Shown here piece after piece: positions 23,646-33,090 of a stretch of 50,984 nucleotides of DNA. A program made the translations under genes and the position numbers. Position 1 is the first letter of the stretch. Every line of letters starts with the position of its first letter. Origin of the DNA: Schumannella sp. (GTDB lineage: Bacteria > Actinomycetota > Actinomycetes > Actinomycetales > Microbacteriaceae); the NCBI GenBank assembly GCA_025463555.1, contig JAODAS010000029.1, positions 1 to 50,984 of the forward strand, read 5' to 3'. The notes beneath the pieces are model-generated. The model worked only from the letters and a program-made list of their open reading frames with translations. It did no database searches and was not told the DNA's origin.

Positions 23646-25366
23646 TGACCACCTGGTTCAAGAAGCTCTCCCGCTCGAGCAACCGCATCGAGCGGGCCGC
23701 TGCGCAAGCTGCGGCACCGTCGCCGGTGACGCCGCGGCGTCCACCGGCTCGGGGCTACCCGGGACGCGGCCGCGGCGAGACGATGGTGATTTCCGCCGCA
23801 CCGGAATGGCGCGGCACCACCGTTCAGGTGTGCGGGCTCTGGCCGTTCGGTGTCGGCACGGGTGCGCCGATGATCGGTGTGCCGCTTGGCCGGCACCTGG
23901 TCAATCGGGGCACCGTCTGCTGCGACCCGATTTCGTGGTTCCAGCGGGCGAACCTGATTTCGAACCCGTCAGCGTTCGTGCTCGGAAAGCCGGGACTCGG
24001 CAAGTCCACGATCGTGCGCCGGATGGCGACCGGCCTCGCCGGGTACGGCGTCCAGCCGCTCGTGCTGGGCGACTTGAAGCCTGACTACGTGGATCTGATC
24101 GAAGCTCTCGGCGGCCAGGTGATCCGCCTCGGCCGCGGCCGCGGGTTCTTGAACATCCTGGACCCGGGCGAAGCAAAGGAGGCCGCGCAGCTGCTCCGCG
24201 ATGCGGCTCACGCCGAGCGTGAGGCTGCCGCGGAGGAAGAGACGGAGCTCGCGCAGCTGCGCGCGCTCCAAACGCCGGAAGATCCCGACCGTGCACAGCT
24301 GATCCGCGAGCGGATCGCTGCCCTGGTCGGCTCCATCACGACCCGTGCAGAGCGTGCCAAGCGCGACGACGAGCTCGCGGCGGAGGTGCTGCAGGATGCT
24401 CACGGCCGCCGCCTAACGATGGTGTCGGCGCTGCTTACGATCATGCGCAAGACGCCTCCCACGGATCGTGAGGAGACGATCGTCGACCGGGCGTTGAAGC
24501 TGCTCGACGAGCATCACGAGGGCGTTCCGGTGCTCAAGGATCTCCTTGAGCTGATCCGTCAGGCACCGCCCGAGCTGCGCGCCGTCGCGCTCGACCGTGG
24601 CGACCGCGCCCGCTATGACGCGATCACGGAGGACCTGGAAGCCTCGCTCATCGGCCTAACGACCGGCGGCCGTCTGGGTGAGCTGTTCTCCAGGCAGACC
24701 TCGACGCCGATGCGCCGTGACCGCCCCGTGGTCTACGACGTCTCCACGATCGACGACTCCGAAACTGACCTGCAGGCGGCCGTGCTGTTGGCCTGCTGGT
24801 CAGCAGGATTCGGCACCGTCAACGTGTCGAACGCTCTGGCGGATGCCGGTCTGGAACCGCGCCGCCACTACTTCGTGATCCTCGACGAGCTGTGGCGGGC
24901 GCTGCGCGCTGGACGCGGCATGGTCGACCGCGTAGACGCGCTGACCCGGCTGAACCGTCAGCGTGGCGTTGGCATGGCGATGATTTCGCACACGATGAGT
25001 GACCTTATGTCGCTGCCCACCGAAGAGGACCGGATGAAGGCGGCCGGCTTCGTCGAGCGCTCCGGCATGGTCATCTGCGGCGGACTTCCCTCCAAGGAGA
25101 TGCCGCTGCTCAACAGCGCCATCAGCATGTCCCGCGCCGAACAAGAGATGCTGCAGGGCTGGCAGGACCCGCCCGCCTGGGACCCGATCACCGGGCAGGA
25201 GGCCGATCCTCCCGGCCGCGGCAAGTTCCTGATCAAGGTGGGCGGTCGCCCCGGCATCCCGCTCACCGTGGAACTCACGGACGCCGAGCTGCACATCAAC
25301 GACACGAACAAGCTGTGGCACGCCGTCTCCCGCACCGGCACTATCGGCCGGGAAGTGCCGGCATGA
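23645..25366 (+). CDS. VirB4-like conjugative transfer ATPase
   Basis: Walker A 'GKPGLGKST', Walker B 'YFVILDELW', 'MISHT'. Confidence 0.75.
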   Translation: MTTWFKKLSRSSNRIERAAAQAAAPSPVTPRRPPARGYPGRGRGETMVISAAPEWRGTTVQVCGLWPFGVGTGAPMIGVPLGRHLVNRGTVCCDPISWFQRANLISNPSAFVLGKPGLGKSTIVRRMATGLAGYGVQPLVLGDLKPDYVDLIEALGGQVIRLGRGRGFLNILDPGEAKEAAQLLRDAAHAEREAAAEEETELAQLRALQTPEDPDRAQLIRERIAALVGSITTRAERAKRDDELAAEVLQDAHGRRLTMVSALLTIMRKTPPTDREETIVDRALKLLDEHHEGVPVLKDLLELIRQAPPELRAVALDRGDRARYDAITEDLEASLIGLTTGGRLGELFSRQTSTPMRRDRPVVYDVSTIDDSETDLQAAVLLACWSAGFGTVNVSNALADAGLEPRRHYFVILDELWRALRAGRGMVDRVDALTRLNRQRGVGMAMISHTMSDLMSLPTEEDRMKAAGFVERSGMVICGGLPSKEMPLLNSAISMSRAEQEMLQGWQDPPAWDPITGQEADPPGRGKFLIKVGGRPGIPLTVELTDAELHINDTNKLWHAVSRTGTIGREVPA

Positions 25367-27189
25367 GCCCGACGAACCGGATCAAAGAGCCGTCCGCCGC
25401 CGGCGACGGCGCGCTGGTCTGGGTGTTCATCGGAATCGTCGTCGTGCTCATTGGCGGCAGCTGGGTCGCCGTCACCCTCGGCTCCAAAATCGACGGGGTG
25501 AACCCCGGGCTGCCGCTGAACCCGTTCACGGTGTTCTTCGGCACGTTGAAGGGCACGTACGTGTGGCCACCATCGGCCACCTGGATCCTCATCGTCGCCG
25601 CCGTGATCGTCCTCGCTCTCGCGATCTTCGTCATAGTCGCGATCGTCAAGCGCGGGCGGCGCCGCTCGCGCGTCGACCACGCGGCCGGACACATGGGACG
25701 CGGCCGCGACCTCGCGGCCCTGTCGACCAAGGGCGCCAAGAGCACCGCGCAGCGGCTCGGAGTCGCCGGCTGGCTCGGCGTGCCGATCGGCATCACCGTC
25801 GCCGGCCGTCGGTGGCTCTACGGCTCCCCGGAGGACATGCACGTCGACGTGTGGGGGCCGCGGACCGGTAAGACGACCTCCCGCGCCATCCCCGCAATCC
25901 TCAGCGCCCCGGGCGCTGTCATCGTCACCTCGAACAAGCGAGACGTGCTGGACGCGACCCGCGACGTCCGTGCGCATAAGGGCACGGTGTGGGCGTTCGA
26001 CCCGCAGGGGATCGCCCTCGAGCCCCCGTCGTGGTGGTGGAACCCGCTGTCCTACGTCACAGACGAGGAGCAGGCCGCGAAGCTGGCCAACCACTTCGCC
26101 TCCGGCTCTCGCGCGGGCGACGCCCGCGCGGATGCGTACTTCGACCCTGCCGGGCAGGATCTTCTCGCTGGGCTTCTCTTGGCGGCTGCGCTAGAGAACC
26201 TGCCGATCACTCAGGTGTTCACCTGGACAACCCGCCCCGCCGACGAGAAAGCCATCGATATTCTGCGCGAGCACGGCTACGAGCAGGTGGCCGATGCTGT
26301 GGCCGGCTACGTGTTCGCCGCTCCCGATCAGCGCTCGGGCGTGTTCGGCACGGCGCAGCAAATGGCGTCCTGCTTGAAGAGTCGCAAGATCGCCGCCTGG
26401 GTCACTCCAACCGGCGGCAACTTCGCCGGCGACCGGCGGCCGCACTTCGACCCGCACGTGTTCGTGCGCAGCTCCGACACGCTCTACAGCCTCTCCAAGG
26501 AAGGGAAGGGCACCGCGGGCCCTCTCGTGACCGCGCTCACCGCTGCGACGATCGAGGCCGCGGAGCAGCTGGCAACCACGCAAGCGGGCGGCCGCCTGGC
26601 CACGCCAATGCTGGGCGTGCTCGATGAGGCGGCGAACGTCTGCCGATGGGAGGCCCTGCCGGATCTGTACTCGCACTACGGGTCGCGCGGCATCGTCCTG
26701 ATGACCATCCTGCAGTCCTGGTCTCAGGGCGTGGAGGTGTGGGGTCGCAACGGTATGCGAAAGCTTTGGTCCGCCTCCAACGTCAAGGTCTACGGCGGCG
26801 GTGTCGCAGAGACCGAGTTCCTCAGCGAAATGTCTCAGCTGATCGGTGACCACGACAAGCGCACCGCCTCCGTCAGCGTCGGCCGTGGCGGACGCTCCAC
26901 CTCGAGCTCCGTGCGAAGAGAACGCACGATGGACGTTGCCGACCTGGCCGCGCTCCCGCGCGGCAGGGCGGTCGTGTTCGCTTCCGGCGCCCCCGCGACT
27001 CTGGTAGAGACAGTGCCGTGGATGCGCGGCGACCAGGCCGACGCAGTACGCGCGTCGATTGCCGCCCACGACCCCGCGAACGCCCGCGCTGCGGCTCCCG
27101 ATGCCGCTCTGGGCGCCGATGCCGCTCTGGGCGCCGTTGGCGCGCAGGCCTGGCTCGACGCAGCCGCGTCCCGAGAGGACCGGCCGTGA
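25363..27189 (+). CDS. Type IV coupling protein (VirD4/TraG/TraD family)
   Basis: N-terminal TM helices. Walker A 'GPRTGKTT', Walker B 'VLDEAANV'. ATGA overlap with the virB4-like stop. Confidence 0.85.
   Translation: MSPTNRIKEPSAAGDGALVWVFIGIVVVLIGGSWVAVTLGSKIDGVNPGLPLNPFTVFFGTLKGTYVWPPSATWILIVAAVIVLALAIFVIVAIVKRGRRRSRVDHAAGHMGRGRDLAALSTKGAKSTAQRLGVAGWLGVPIGITVAGRRWLYGSPEDMHVDVWGPRTGKTTSRAIPAILSAPGAVIVTSNKRDVLDATRDVRAHKGTVWAFDPQGIALEPPSWWWNPLSYVTDEEQAAKLANHFASGSRAGDARADAYFDPAGQDLLAGLLLAAALENLPITQVFTWTTRPADEKAIDILREHGYEQVADAVAGYVFAAPDQRSGVFGTAQQMASCLKSRKIAAWVTPTGGNFAGDRRPHFDPHVFVRSSDTLYSLSKEGKGTAGPLVTALTAATIEAAEQLATTQAGGRLATPMLGVLDEAANVCRWEALPDLYSHYGSRGIVLMTILQSWSQGVEVWGRNGMRKLWSASNVKVYGGGVAETEFLSEMSQLIGDHDKRTASVSVGRGGRSTSSSVRRERTMDVADLAALPRGRAVVFASGAPATLVETVPWMRGDQADAVRASIAAHDPANARAAAPDAALGADAALGAVGAQAWLDAAASREDRP
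27100..27135 (+). repeat. Perfect 18-bp tandem duplication inside the coupling-protein gene
   Basis: GATGCCGCTCTGGGCGCC x2, in frame, giving DAALGA-DAALGA. Confidence 0.9.
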
Positions 27190-27617
27190 GCTACGAGGAT
27201 GACATGCGCGACGACGAGTTCGACGAGCAGGGAACCGCGATCGATAGCGCCGACGCGACGCCCGAGCCTAACCTGTTCTTCGGTTCGGTCGACGAGTTTG
27301 TACGCGAGTACCTGATCAAGGTCTACCGGCGCCCTGTGGGCGCTCAGGGCGGAATGAAGTGGTCCGCGCGTTGGTGGGAGTACCCAGAAGCGCTGAGCCG
27401 GCTCGATGCGCTCTGGCGAGCTTGGGAACATCTACGTCTCGACCCGGCTACCGGGATGAGCGTGTGGTGGCGTGATCACGCTGACCACCACATGCCGGCG
27501 CTGCTCAGCCCAAACGGGCCATTCGCTGCGTCGGACGATCAGAATAAGCGTGGGGAACCACTGCCCTACGAGGCTCCGCCCGCTGGACTGTTCCCCGATA
27601 TGCGTCGGCTGGACTGA
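27186..27617 (+). CDS. Conserved small protein following the coupling protein (DUF4913-like)
   Basis: GTG overlaps the T4CP stop (GTGA). 'FGSVDEFVREYL...WWEYPEALSRLDALWRAWEHLR' matches my recollection of the family found after traG in actinobacterial T4SS loci. Not verified. Confidence 0.45.
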   Translation: MSYEDDMRDDEFDEQGTAIDSADATPEPNLFFGSVDEFVREYLIKVYRRPVGAQGGMKWSARWWEYPEALSRLDALWRAWEHLRLDPATGMSVWWRDHADHHMPALLSPNGPFAASDDQNKRGEPLPYEAPPAGLFPDMRRLD

Positions 27618-28192
27618 CGGTCGGCTAGCAGCTGCTGGATCGTGGCCTCGACCCCCGGGAGCGGCGTCCAACGTGGAAACAGGTTGTCAAAATCCTGCTG
27701 CGTTAGGCCGAGCGATAGCGACTGAGCATTGATCTGAATGCGGCCGTTTTCGTCGTAGATGTGGCGGTCATCCGTCCAGACCAGGTAGGGCCGTTGGCGC
27801 TCCAGCTCCTCAGTGGCGGAAAGGGAGACGTTCGTCTCGACGACCTCGAGAATCAGAGCTTGCTTCGCCTGAAAACCCACCGTAGGAAAGTCCGGGTCGA
27901 CATCCATCTCCCCGATCGGCTCGACGCGATACAGAGCGCTCTGGCCGATCATCCGTGTCACCGCAGCTGCGAAGACACGCGCCAGCTCACGGTCAGTCGT
28001 GAAGTACACCCGATCACGTCTGGACTCTTTGAGTCCCATGTCCGCGAGGTTGCCGAGAGCGTTAGTGTGAGTCGGCGGCAGGAGCCGGTCACCGACATCG
28101 CGGCCGGCAACGCCTCCGTGCCATAGCGTGAGGCTGCCCGCTGCGTCCCGTGCCGTGCGGCGTCGCTCCTTGTTCGCGCGCGCCTTCCCCAC
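27566..28192 (-). CDS. Arr-family (rifampin ADP-ribosyltransferase-like) domain protein with a ~75-aa C-terminal extension
   Basis: 'LWHGG..GDRLLP', 'RVYFTTDRELARVFAA' and 'ALYRVEPIGEMDVDPDF' mirror 'FYHGT..GDLL', 'IYFSA', 'YIYIVEPTGPFEDDPN' of mycobacterial Arr, including the H-Y-D positions. Confidence 0.55.
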   Translation of the reverse strand: MGKARANKERRRTARDAAGSLTLWHGGVAGRDVGDRLLPPTHTNALGNLADMGLKESRRDRVYFTTDRELARVFAAAVTRMIGQSALYRVEPIGEMDVDPDFPTVGFQAKQALILEVVETNVSLSATEELERQRPYLVWTDDRHIYDENGRIQINAQSLSLGLTQQDFDNLFPRWTPLPGVEATIQQLLADRQSSRRISGNSPAGGAS

Positions 28193-28217
28193 GTCTGATT
28201 ATCTACTGGGCACGTCG

Positions 28218-29177
28218 TTAGCCGCGTTGCAGGATTTCTTGTCGGCTAGGGATGGTACGTGCACAGGCTGTACTCAAGAGGTCGTAAAACCTGGTGGAGT
28301 CGGCTCCGAATCCCATGAATGCATTCTTGGGGCGCCCGCTCTGCTCCCGTTGATCGACGATGGTTCGCCCGTATGTGTGGTAGCCGACCGTATCCGCGTC
28401 AACGCGGACGTGTCGAAGCGCAATGACGCTTGGATCCAGCACATATGCGACGCAAAGCGCGTCATGGATCATGGCCTCGCCATAAGTGGCGGCTTCGGCC
28501 GCAACGTAGAAGTCGAGGATTCGAGCGGCGGCCGTACCGGCGGGGGTGCCGAGGTCCGCCAGCTGTCGGATCTGCGCCGCGGACACGGTAGCTTGACGCG
28601 TGGCATCCAGCGGGACTAGAACCAGTCGCTCAAAACCTGCGTTGAACACGATGTGCGCGGCTACAGGGTCTGCCCACACATTGAATTCGGCCTGGGAGGT
28701 CGAGTTGCCGTAGGTCGAGCTTCCTCCCATGATCACTATCTCTTCGATCGCTTCCACGATCTCGGGCGCGACTGTAACAGCCGTAGCGATGTTCGTGAGC
28801 GGTGCTGTGGGGATGAGAGTTACGGGTTCAGTACGTGCTCGAAGCGTTTCTACCAGCCATTCGACTGCGGCTGGCTCTTGCACATGTCTCCGGGACGGGG
28901 GCAGATCGAGTTCTTCTTGATGGACCGAACTCGCCTTTTTCTCCTGGATTCCGAAAGGGTTGGTCGTCAGGGGCTTGCCCAGCCCTTTGTGCACAGGAAC
29001 GTCAGTGCGGCCGATCCAGTCGAGGACTCGAAGGGTGTTGTCGGCAGTTCGGTCGACGCTCAGGTTTCCTGCGACGGTCGAGCATCCGATCAGCTCAATC
29101 TCCGGGCTGAGCGCCGCCATCATGATCGCGACCGCATCATCATTTCCAGTATCGACGTCGAGGATGACGGAGCGCAT
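28218..29177 (-). CDS. Nucleoside hydrolase (IUNH family)
   Basis: Trimmed to 'MRSVILDVDTGNDDAVAI', the DxDxxxDD fingerprint. 319 aa. Confidence 0.85.
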   Translation of the reverse strand: MRSVILDVDTGNDDAVAIMMAALSPEIELIGCSTVAGNLSVDRTADNTLRVLDWIGRTDVPVHKGLGKPLTTNPFGIQEKKASSVHQEELDLPPSRRHVQEPAAVEWLVETLRARTEPVTLIPTAPLTNIATAVTVAPEIVEAIEEIVIMGGSSTYGNSTSQAEFNVWADPVAAHIVFNAGFERLVLVPLDATRQATVSAAQIRQLADLGTPAGTAAARILDFYVAAEAATYGEAMIHDALCVAYVLDPSVIALRHVRVDADTVGYHTYGRTIVDQREQSGRPKNAFMGFGADSTRFYDLLSTACARTIPSRQEILQRG

Positions 29178-29223
29178 GTCGTGTCCCTTCCCGGGTCTTA
29201 GCTTAGGAGTGGCCGGCGAGCTA

Positions 29224-29247
29224 GGCGCCGACCACAGGTCGGCCGCC
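29224..29247 (-). terminator. Hairpin between the FAH gene and the nucleoside hydrolase gene
   Basis: GGCGCCGACC-ACA-GGTCGG(C)CGCC. Confidence 0.35.
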
Positions 29248-29370
29248 CGCCCTCGTGTTGGATGGATTAGACGCGAGGTGAGACTGCCGACACTCCATTG
29301 AGCCACGCCCTCTGGTCGCGTGCTCGACTCTCGTTGGCCCTCCTGTCCCAAATCCGAGACTGGCAAAAAT

Positions 29371-30246
29371 CTAGACGACAGAGCAGTAGGTCGTGAGGAA
29401 TCCAATTCCGCCGATAGTGACTGTGACGGTGGACTTGTGTGTCAGGAACACACGCGGATCCCGCGAGTATCCGGCGCCGCCGGGGCTTCCAGTCGAAATC
29501 AGCGTCCCCGGCAAGAGTGTCGCCGAACGGGATAGGAACTCGATGATTTCGGCCACGGAGCGGACCATATCTGCGGTGGACGCTTCCTGTAGGACCATGC
29601 CGTCGACGTTCGTGGTCAGCCAGAGGTCTTGGGGGTCGGCAATTTCGTCGGCTGTCACTACAACCGGTCCGTTAGGGGTGAAGCCGTCAAAAGACTTGGA
29701 TCGTGACCATTGGGCTTCGGAAAACTGAAGGTCCCTAGCGGTGATGTCGTTGACTACCGTGTAGCCGAATACGTAGTCCAGCGCGTCGGCGGCCGCGACG
29801 TTGCGCGCGGGTCTGCCAATAATGACTCCGAGCTCGGCTTCGTAGTCGACTTCCGAAGTCAGATCGGCGGGCCACGTCGTTGTGCCACGGTGGCCGGCCA
29901 GCGAGTTCGGCCACAGTGAGAAAACGGTGGCCGCCGTTTCCGTGCGCAGGTTGAGTTCAGAGGCGTGAGCCGCGTAGTTCGCCCCCACTGCAATGACGTG
30001 CGGTGGTCGCAGAACTGCAGAGGCATGATGCAAGTCATATACCGGGCGGAGTGTTGCACCCGATGTGACCGCAACTCTAACGGCCCGTCGAAGTTCGGCC
30101 GACGCCCCCTGATCGCGCTCGATTAACTCTTGGAGATCGCGTGGCGCGTCTGCCAGGACCTCGTCTAGGAAGAGAGCGCCGTCGCCAATGACAGCCGCCA
30201 AGCGCGGAGGGGAGTTAGGCGTAATGCTCAGGTGGGAGAATCTCAT
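29371..30246 (-). CDS. Fumarylacetoacetate hydrolase (FAH) family protein
   Basis: 'SKSFDGFTPNGPVVVT', 'DLWLTTNVDGMVLQEASTADMV', 'LLPGTLISTGSPGGAG'. Start trimmed to 'MRFSHL'. Confidence 0.8.
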   Translation of the reverse strand: MRFSHLSITPNSPPRLAAVIGDGALFLDEVLADAPRDLQELIERDQGASAELRRAVRVAVTSGATLRPVYDLHHASAVLRPPHVIAVGANYAAHASELNLRTETAATVFSLWPNSLAGHRGTTTWPADLTSEVDYEAELGVIIGRPARNVAAADALDYVFGYTVVNDITARDLQFSEAQWSRSKSFDGFTPNGPVVVTADEIADPQDLWLTTNVDGMVLQEASTADMVRSVAEIIEFLSRSATLLPGTLISTGSPGGAGYSRDPRVFLTHKSTVTVTIGGIGFLTTYCSVV

Positions 30247-30357
30247 GACGTCCTGCTGCGTTGGCGGGCTGGTGGGTCGCCGCGCCGGTGGGATTCCACG
30301 AAAACCTTCCACCGGCGCGGCGAGCTTTGAGCCACCGCTTATCGGTGGCGAGTTTGT

Positions 30358-32016
30358 TCAGTCGCGCAACATCGGAATGCGCAGGCCTCGCTCGCGAGCA
30401 ATTTCCGCAGCATGTGCGTAGCCCGCATCGACGTGGCGCATCACGCCGGTTCCAGGATCGTTGGTCAGCACGCGCTCAATCTTCTCGGCGGCCAGCGGTG
30501 TCCCGTCGGCCACGACCACTTGTCCGGCATGGATGCTGCGCCCGATTCCGACACCGCCGCCATGGTGCAGTGACACCCAAGTCGCACCGGACGCCGTGTT
30601 CAGCAGCGCGTTGAGCAGCGGCCAGTCGGCGATGGCGTCCGACCCGTCCTTCATCGCCTCCGTCTCCCGGTAGGGCGAGGCAACGGAGCCCGAGTCGAGG
30701 TGGTCACGCCCGATAACGAGTGGCGCCGAGAGCTCGCCAGCGGCGACCATCTCGTTGAACTTAAGTCCCGCGAGGTGCCGCTCCTTGTATCCCAGCCAGC
30801 AGATCCGCGCGGGCAGCCCCTCAAAGTGGACCTTCTCGCCCGCCTGGGTGATCCAGCGGTGGAGCTTGTGGTCGTCGGGGAACAGGTTCAAGATCGCGCG
30901 GTCAGTCGCCGCGATGTCGGCCGGGTCTCCGGAGAGCGCCGCCCACCGGAACGGGCCGCGGCCCTCCTCGAACTGCGGACGGATGTAGGCGGGAACGAAT
31001 CCGGGGAAGTCGAACGCGCGCTCGTACCCGCCGAGCTGCGCCTCGGCGCGGATGGAGTTGCCGTAGTCGAAGACCTCGGCGCCCGCATCCTGGAACCCGA
31101 CCATGGCCTCCACCTGGGTCGCCATCGACCGGCGTGCGTCCTCGGTGAACCGCTCGGGCTCGGCGGCGGCGCGGTCGCGCCACTCGTCGACGTCGTAGCC
31201 GACGGGCAGGTAGGAGAGCGGGTCGTGCGCGCTGGTCTGGTCGGTCACGATGTCGATCGCGACGCCGCGGCGGAGCAGCTCGGGGAAGACCTCCGCCGCG
31301 TTGCCGACGACTCCGATGGAGACCGCCCGGCGCTCCTCCTTAGCGGCCAACGCGTGGGCGACGGCAGCGTCAAGGCCATCTGACAGTACATCCAGGTACC
31401 CGTGATCGACGCGACGCTGCAGCCGGGTGCGGTCCGCGTCCACGATGAGCACCGCGCCGCCGTTCATGGTGACGGCGAGCGGCTGCGCTCCGCCCATCCC
31501 GCCGCAGCCTCCGGTCAAGGTGAGAGTGCCGGCGAGCGTGCCATGGAAACGCTTGTCGGCGATCGCGGCGAAGGTCTCGTAGGTGCCCTGGAGGATGCCC
31601 TGCGAGCCGATGTAGATCCAGGATCCGGCGGTCATCTGGCCGTACATCGTGAGCCCGAGCGCCTCCAGCCGGCGGAACTCGGGCCACGTCGCCCAGTCGC
31701 CGACGAGGTTGGAGTTGGCGATGAGCACGCGCGGTGCCCACTCGTGGGTGCGGAACACGCCGACCGGCTTGCCGGACTGCACGAGCAGCGTCTCGTCGGC
31801 CTCGAGGTCGCGCAGGGTCGCGACGATCGCGTCGAAGGCCTCCCAGCTGCGGGCCGCGCGGCCGGTGCCGCCGTAGACGACGAGGTCGTCCGGGCGCTCG
31901 GCGACGTCGGGGTCGAGGTTGTTCATCAGCATCCGCAGCGGCGCTTCAGTCTGCCAGCTCTTCGCGCTGAGCTCCGTGCCGCGCGGTGCTTGCACGGTGG
32001 TCTTCGTGTCGATCAT
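30358..32016 (-). CDS. hutU: Urocanate hydratase
   Basis: 552 aa. '[31 protein letters not shown]', '[13 protein letters not shown]' (NAD-binding), '[19 protein letters not shown]'. Confidence 0.95.
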   Translation of the reverse strand: MIDTKTTVQAPRGTELSAKSWQTEAPLRMLMNNLDPDVAERPDDLVVYGGTGRAARSWEAFDAIVATLRDLEADETLLVQSGKPVGVFRTHEWAPRVLIANSNLVGDWATWPEFRRLEALGLTMYGQMTAGSWIYIGSQGILQGTYETFAAIADKRFHGTLAGTLTLTGGCGGMGGAQPLAVTMNGGAVLIVDADRTRLQRRVDHGYLDVLSDGLDAAVAHALAAKEERRAVSIGVVGNAAEVFPELLRRGVAIDIVTDQTSAHDPLSYLPVGYDVDEWRDRAAAEPERFTEDARRSMATQVEAMVGFQDAGAEVFDYGNSIRAEAQLGGYERAFDFPGFVPAYIRPQFEEGRGPFRWAALSGDPADIAATDRAILNLFPDDHKLHRWITQAGEKVHFEGLPARICWLGYKERHLAGLKFNEMVAAGELSAPLVIGRDHLDSGSVASPYRETEAMKDGSDAIADWPLLNALLNTASGATWVSLHHGGGVGIGRSIHAGQVVVADGTPLAAEKIERVLTNDPGTGVMRHVDAGYAHAAEIARERGLRIPMLRD

Positions 32017-32034
32017 GGGGGAGACCTCCTTGGT

Positions 32035-33090
32035 CTAGTCCTTGGTGTACTCGTCGTACGCGCTAATCAATGCCTGGGTAGCATCCCGATGACCGATGGT
32101 GAATCGGACGCCCTCTCCCGGGAATGCGCGGACTGCCAATCCACGCGCCAAGCAGAGTTCGGCGAACCGTGCCGAGCCGGCACCCAACGGGAGCCAAATG
32201 AAGTTGGCTCCCGCTTCCGGCACTTGGAGTCCACGCGCAGCGAGTGCTTCCTCGGCGTATCGCCTCTCCTCGATGGTCTTGTGGACCGTGCCCCTGAGCT
32301 GCGCTTGTTCATCGATCGCTGCCCGAGCTGCTGCCGATGCGACGGAGCTGACGGCGAATGGGGGCGTCGCCGCCGAGATGTGCTTGCGGATCTCGGTACT
32401 TGAGACTGAGTACCCCACGCGGAGCCCAGCCAGTCCGTACGCCTTCGAGAACGTGCGGAGTACGACCAGGTTTGGGTAGTGGTCGAGAAGGCCAATCCCG
32501 TCGAATGACGTACGCGCGAACTCGCGATACGCCTCGTCAAGCACCACAAGGACGTGCGAGGGAACCAAGTCGAGGAAATGTCGGATCGCCGCCTCGTCGA
32601 TCTCCGTACCGGTGGGGTTATTGGGGTTGCACAACAGGATCAGCTTTGTGCGATCCGTCACGGCATTGCGCATCGCGGAAAGGTCGTGTGCAAGGGCCGG
32701 TGTGAGCGGAACATTGATTGGTTCACCACCCGCGAGTCTTACCAGGATGGGATACGCCTCGTAGGTCCGCCAAGCGAGTACGACCTCGTCACCTGCGCTG
32801 ACATATGCAAGTAGCAGGTGTTCTAGGACGGACAGCGACCCAGCGCCGACGCTGATCTGGTCGGCCGAGACGTTGAGATGCGCGGCGAGAGCGTCCGACA
32901 AGTCCTGGCCGGTCACGTCAGGGTAAAGGTGCGCGTTCGAACCGGCGCGGTAGATGGCCTCGAGGACGCTTGGGGTCGGAGAGGATGTCGCTTCGTTTGA
33001 CGATGCCCTCCACCGCACACCGATAGTGCGTGCACTGGAATACGACGGAAGACCTTGGGTCTCTGGCCTCGGTGTGGGTAGGCCGGTCAT
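32035..33090 (-). CDS. HisC/Pat-family class II aminotransferase (histidinol-phosphate/aromatic aminotransferase-like)
   Basis: 'LLCNPNNPTG', 'VLDEAY' and PLP-lysine motif 'RTFSKAYGLAGLRVGY'. ATGA overlap with the hutH stop. Confidence 0.85.
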   Translation of the reverse strand: MTGLPTPRPETQGLPSYSSARTIGVRWRASSNEATSSPTPSVLEAIYRAGSNAHLYPDVTGQDLSDALAAHLNVSADQISVGAGSLSVLEHLLLAYVSAGDEVVLAWRTYEAYPILVRLAGGEPINVPLTPALAHDLSAMRNAVTDRTKLILLCNPNNPTGTEIDEAAIRHFLDLVPSHVLVVLDEAYREFARTSFDGIGLLDHYPNLVVLRTFSKAYGLAGLRVGYSVSSTEIRKHISAATPPFAVSSVASAAARAAIDEQAQLRGTVHKTIEERRYAEEALAARGLQVPEAGANFIWLPLGAGSARFAELCLARGLAVRAFPGEGVRFTIGHRDATQALISAYDEYTKD

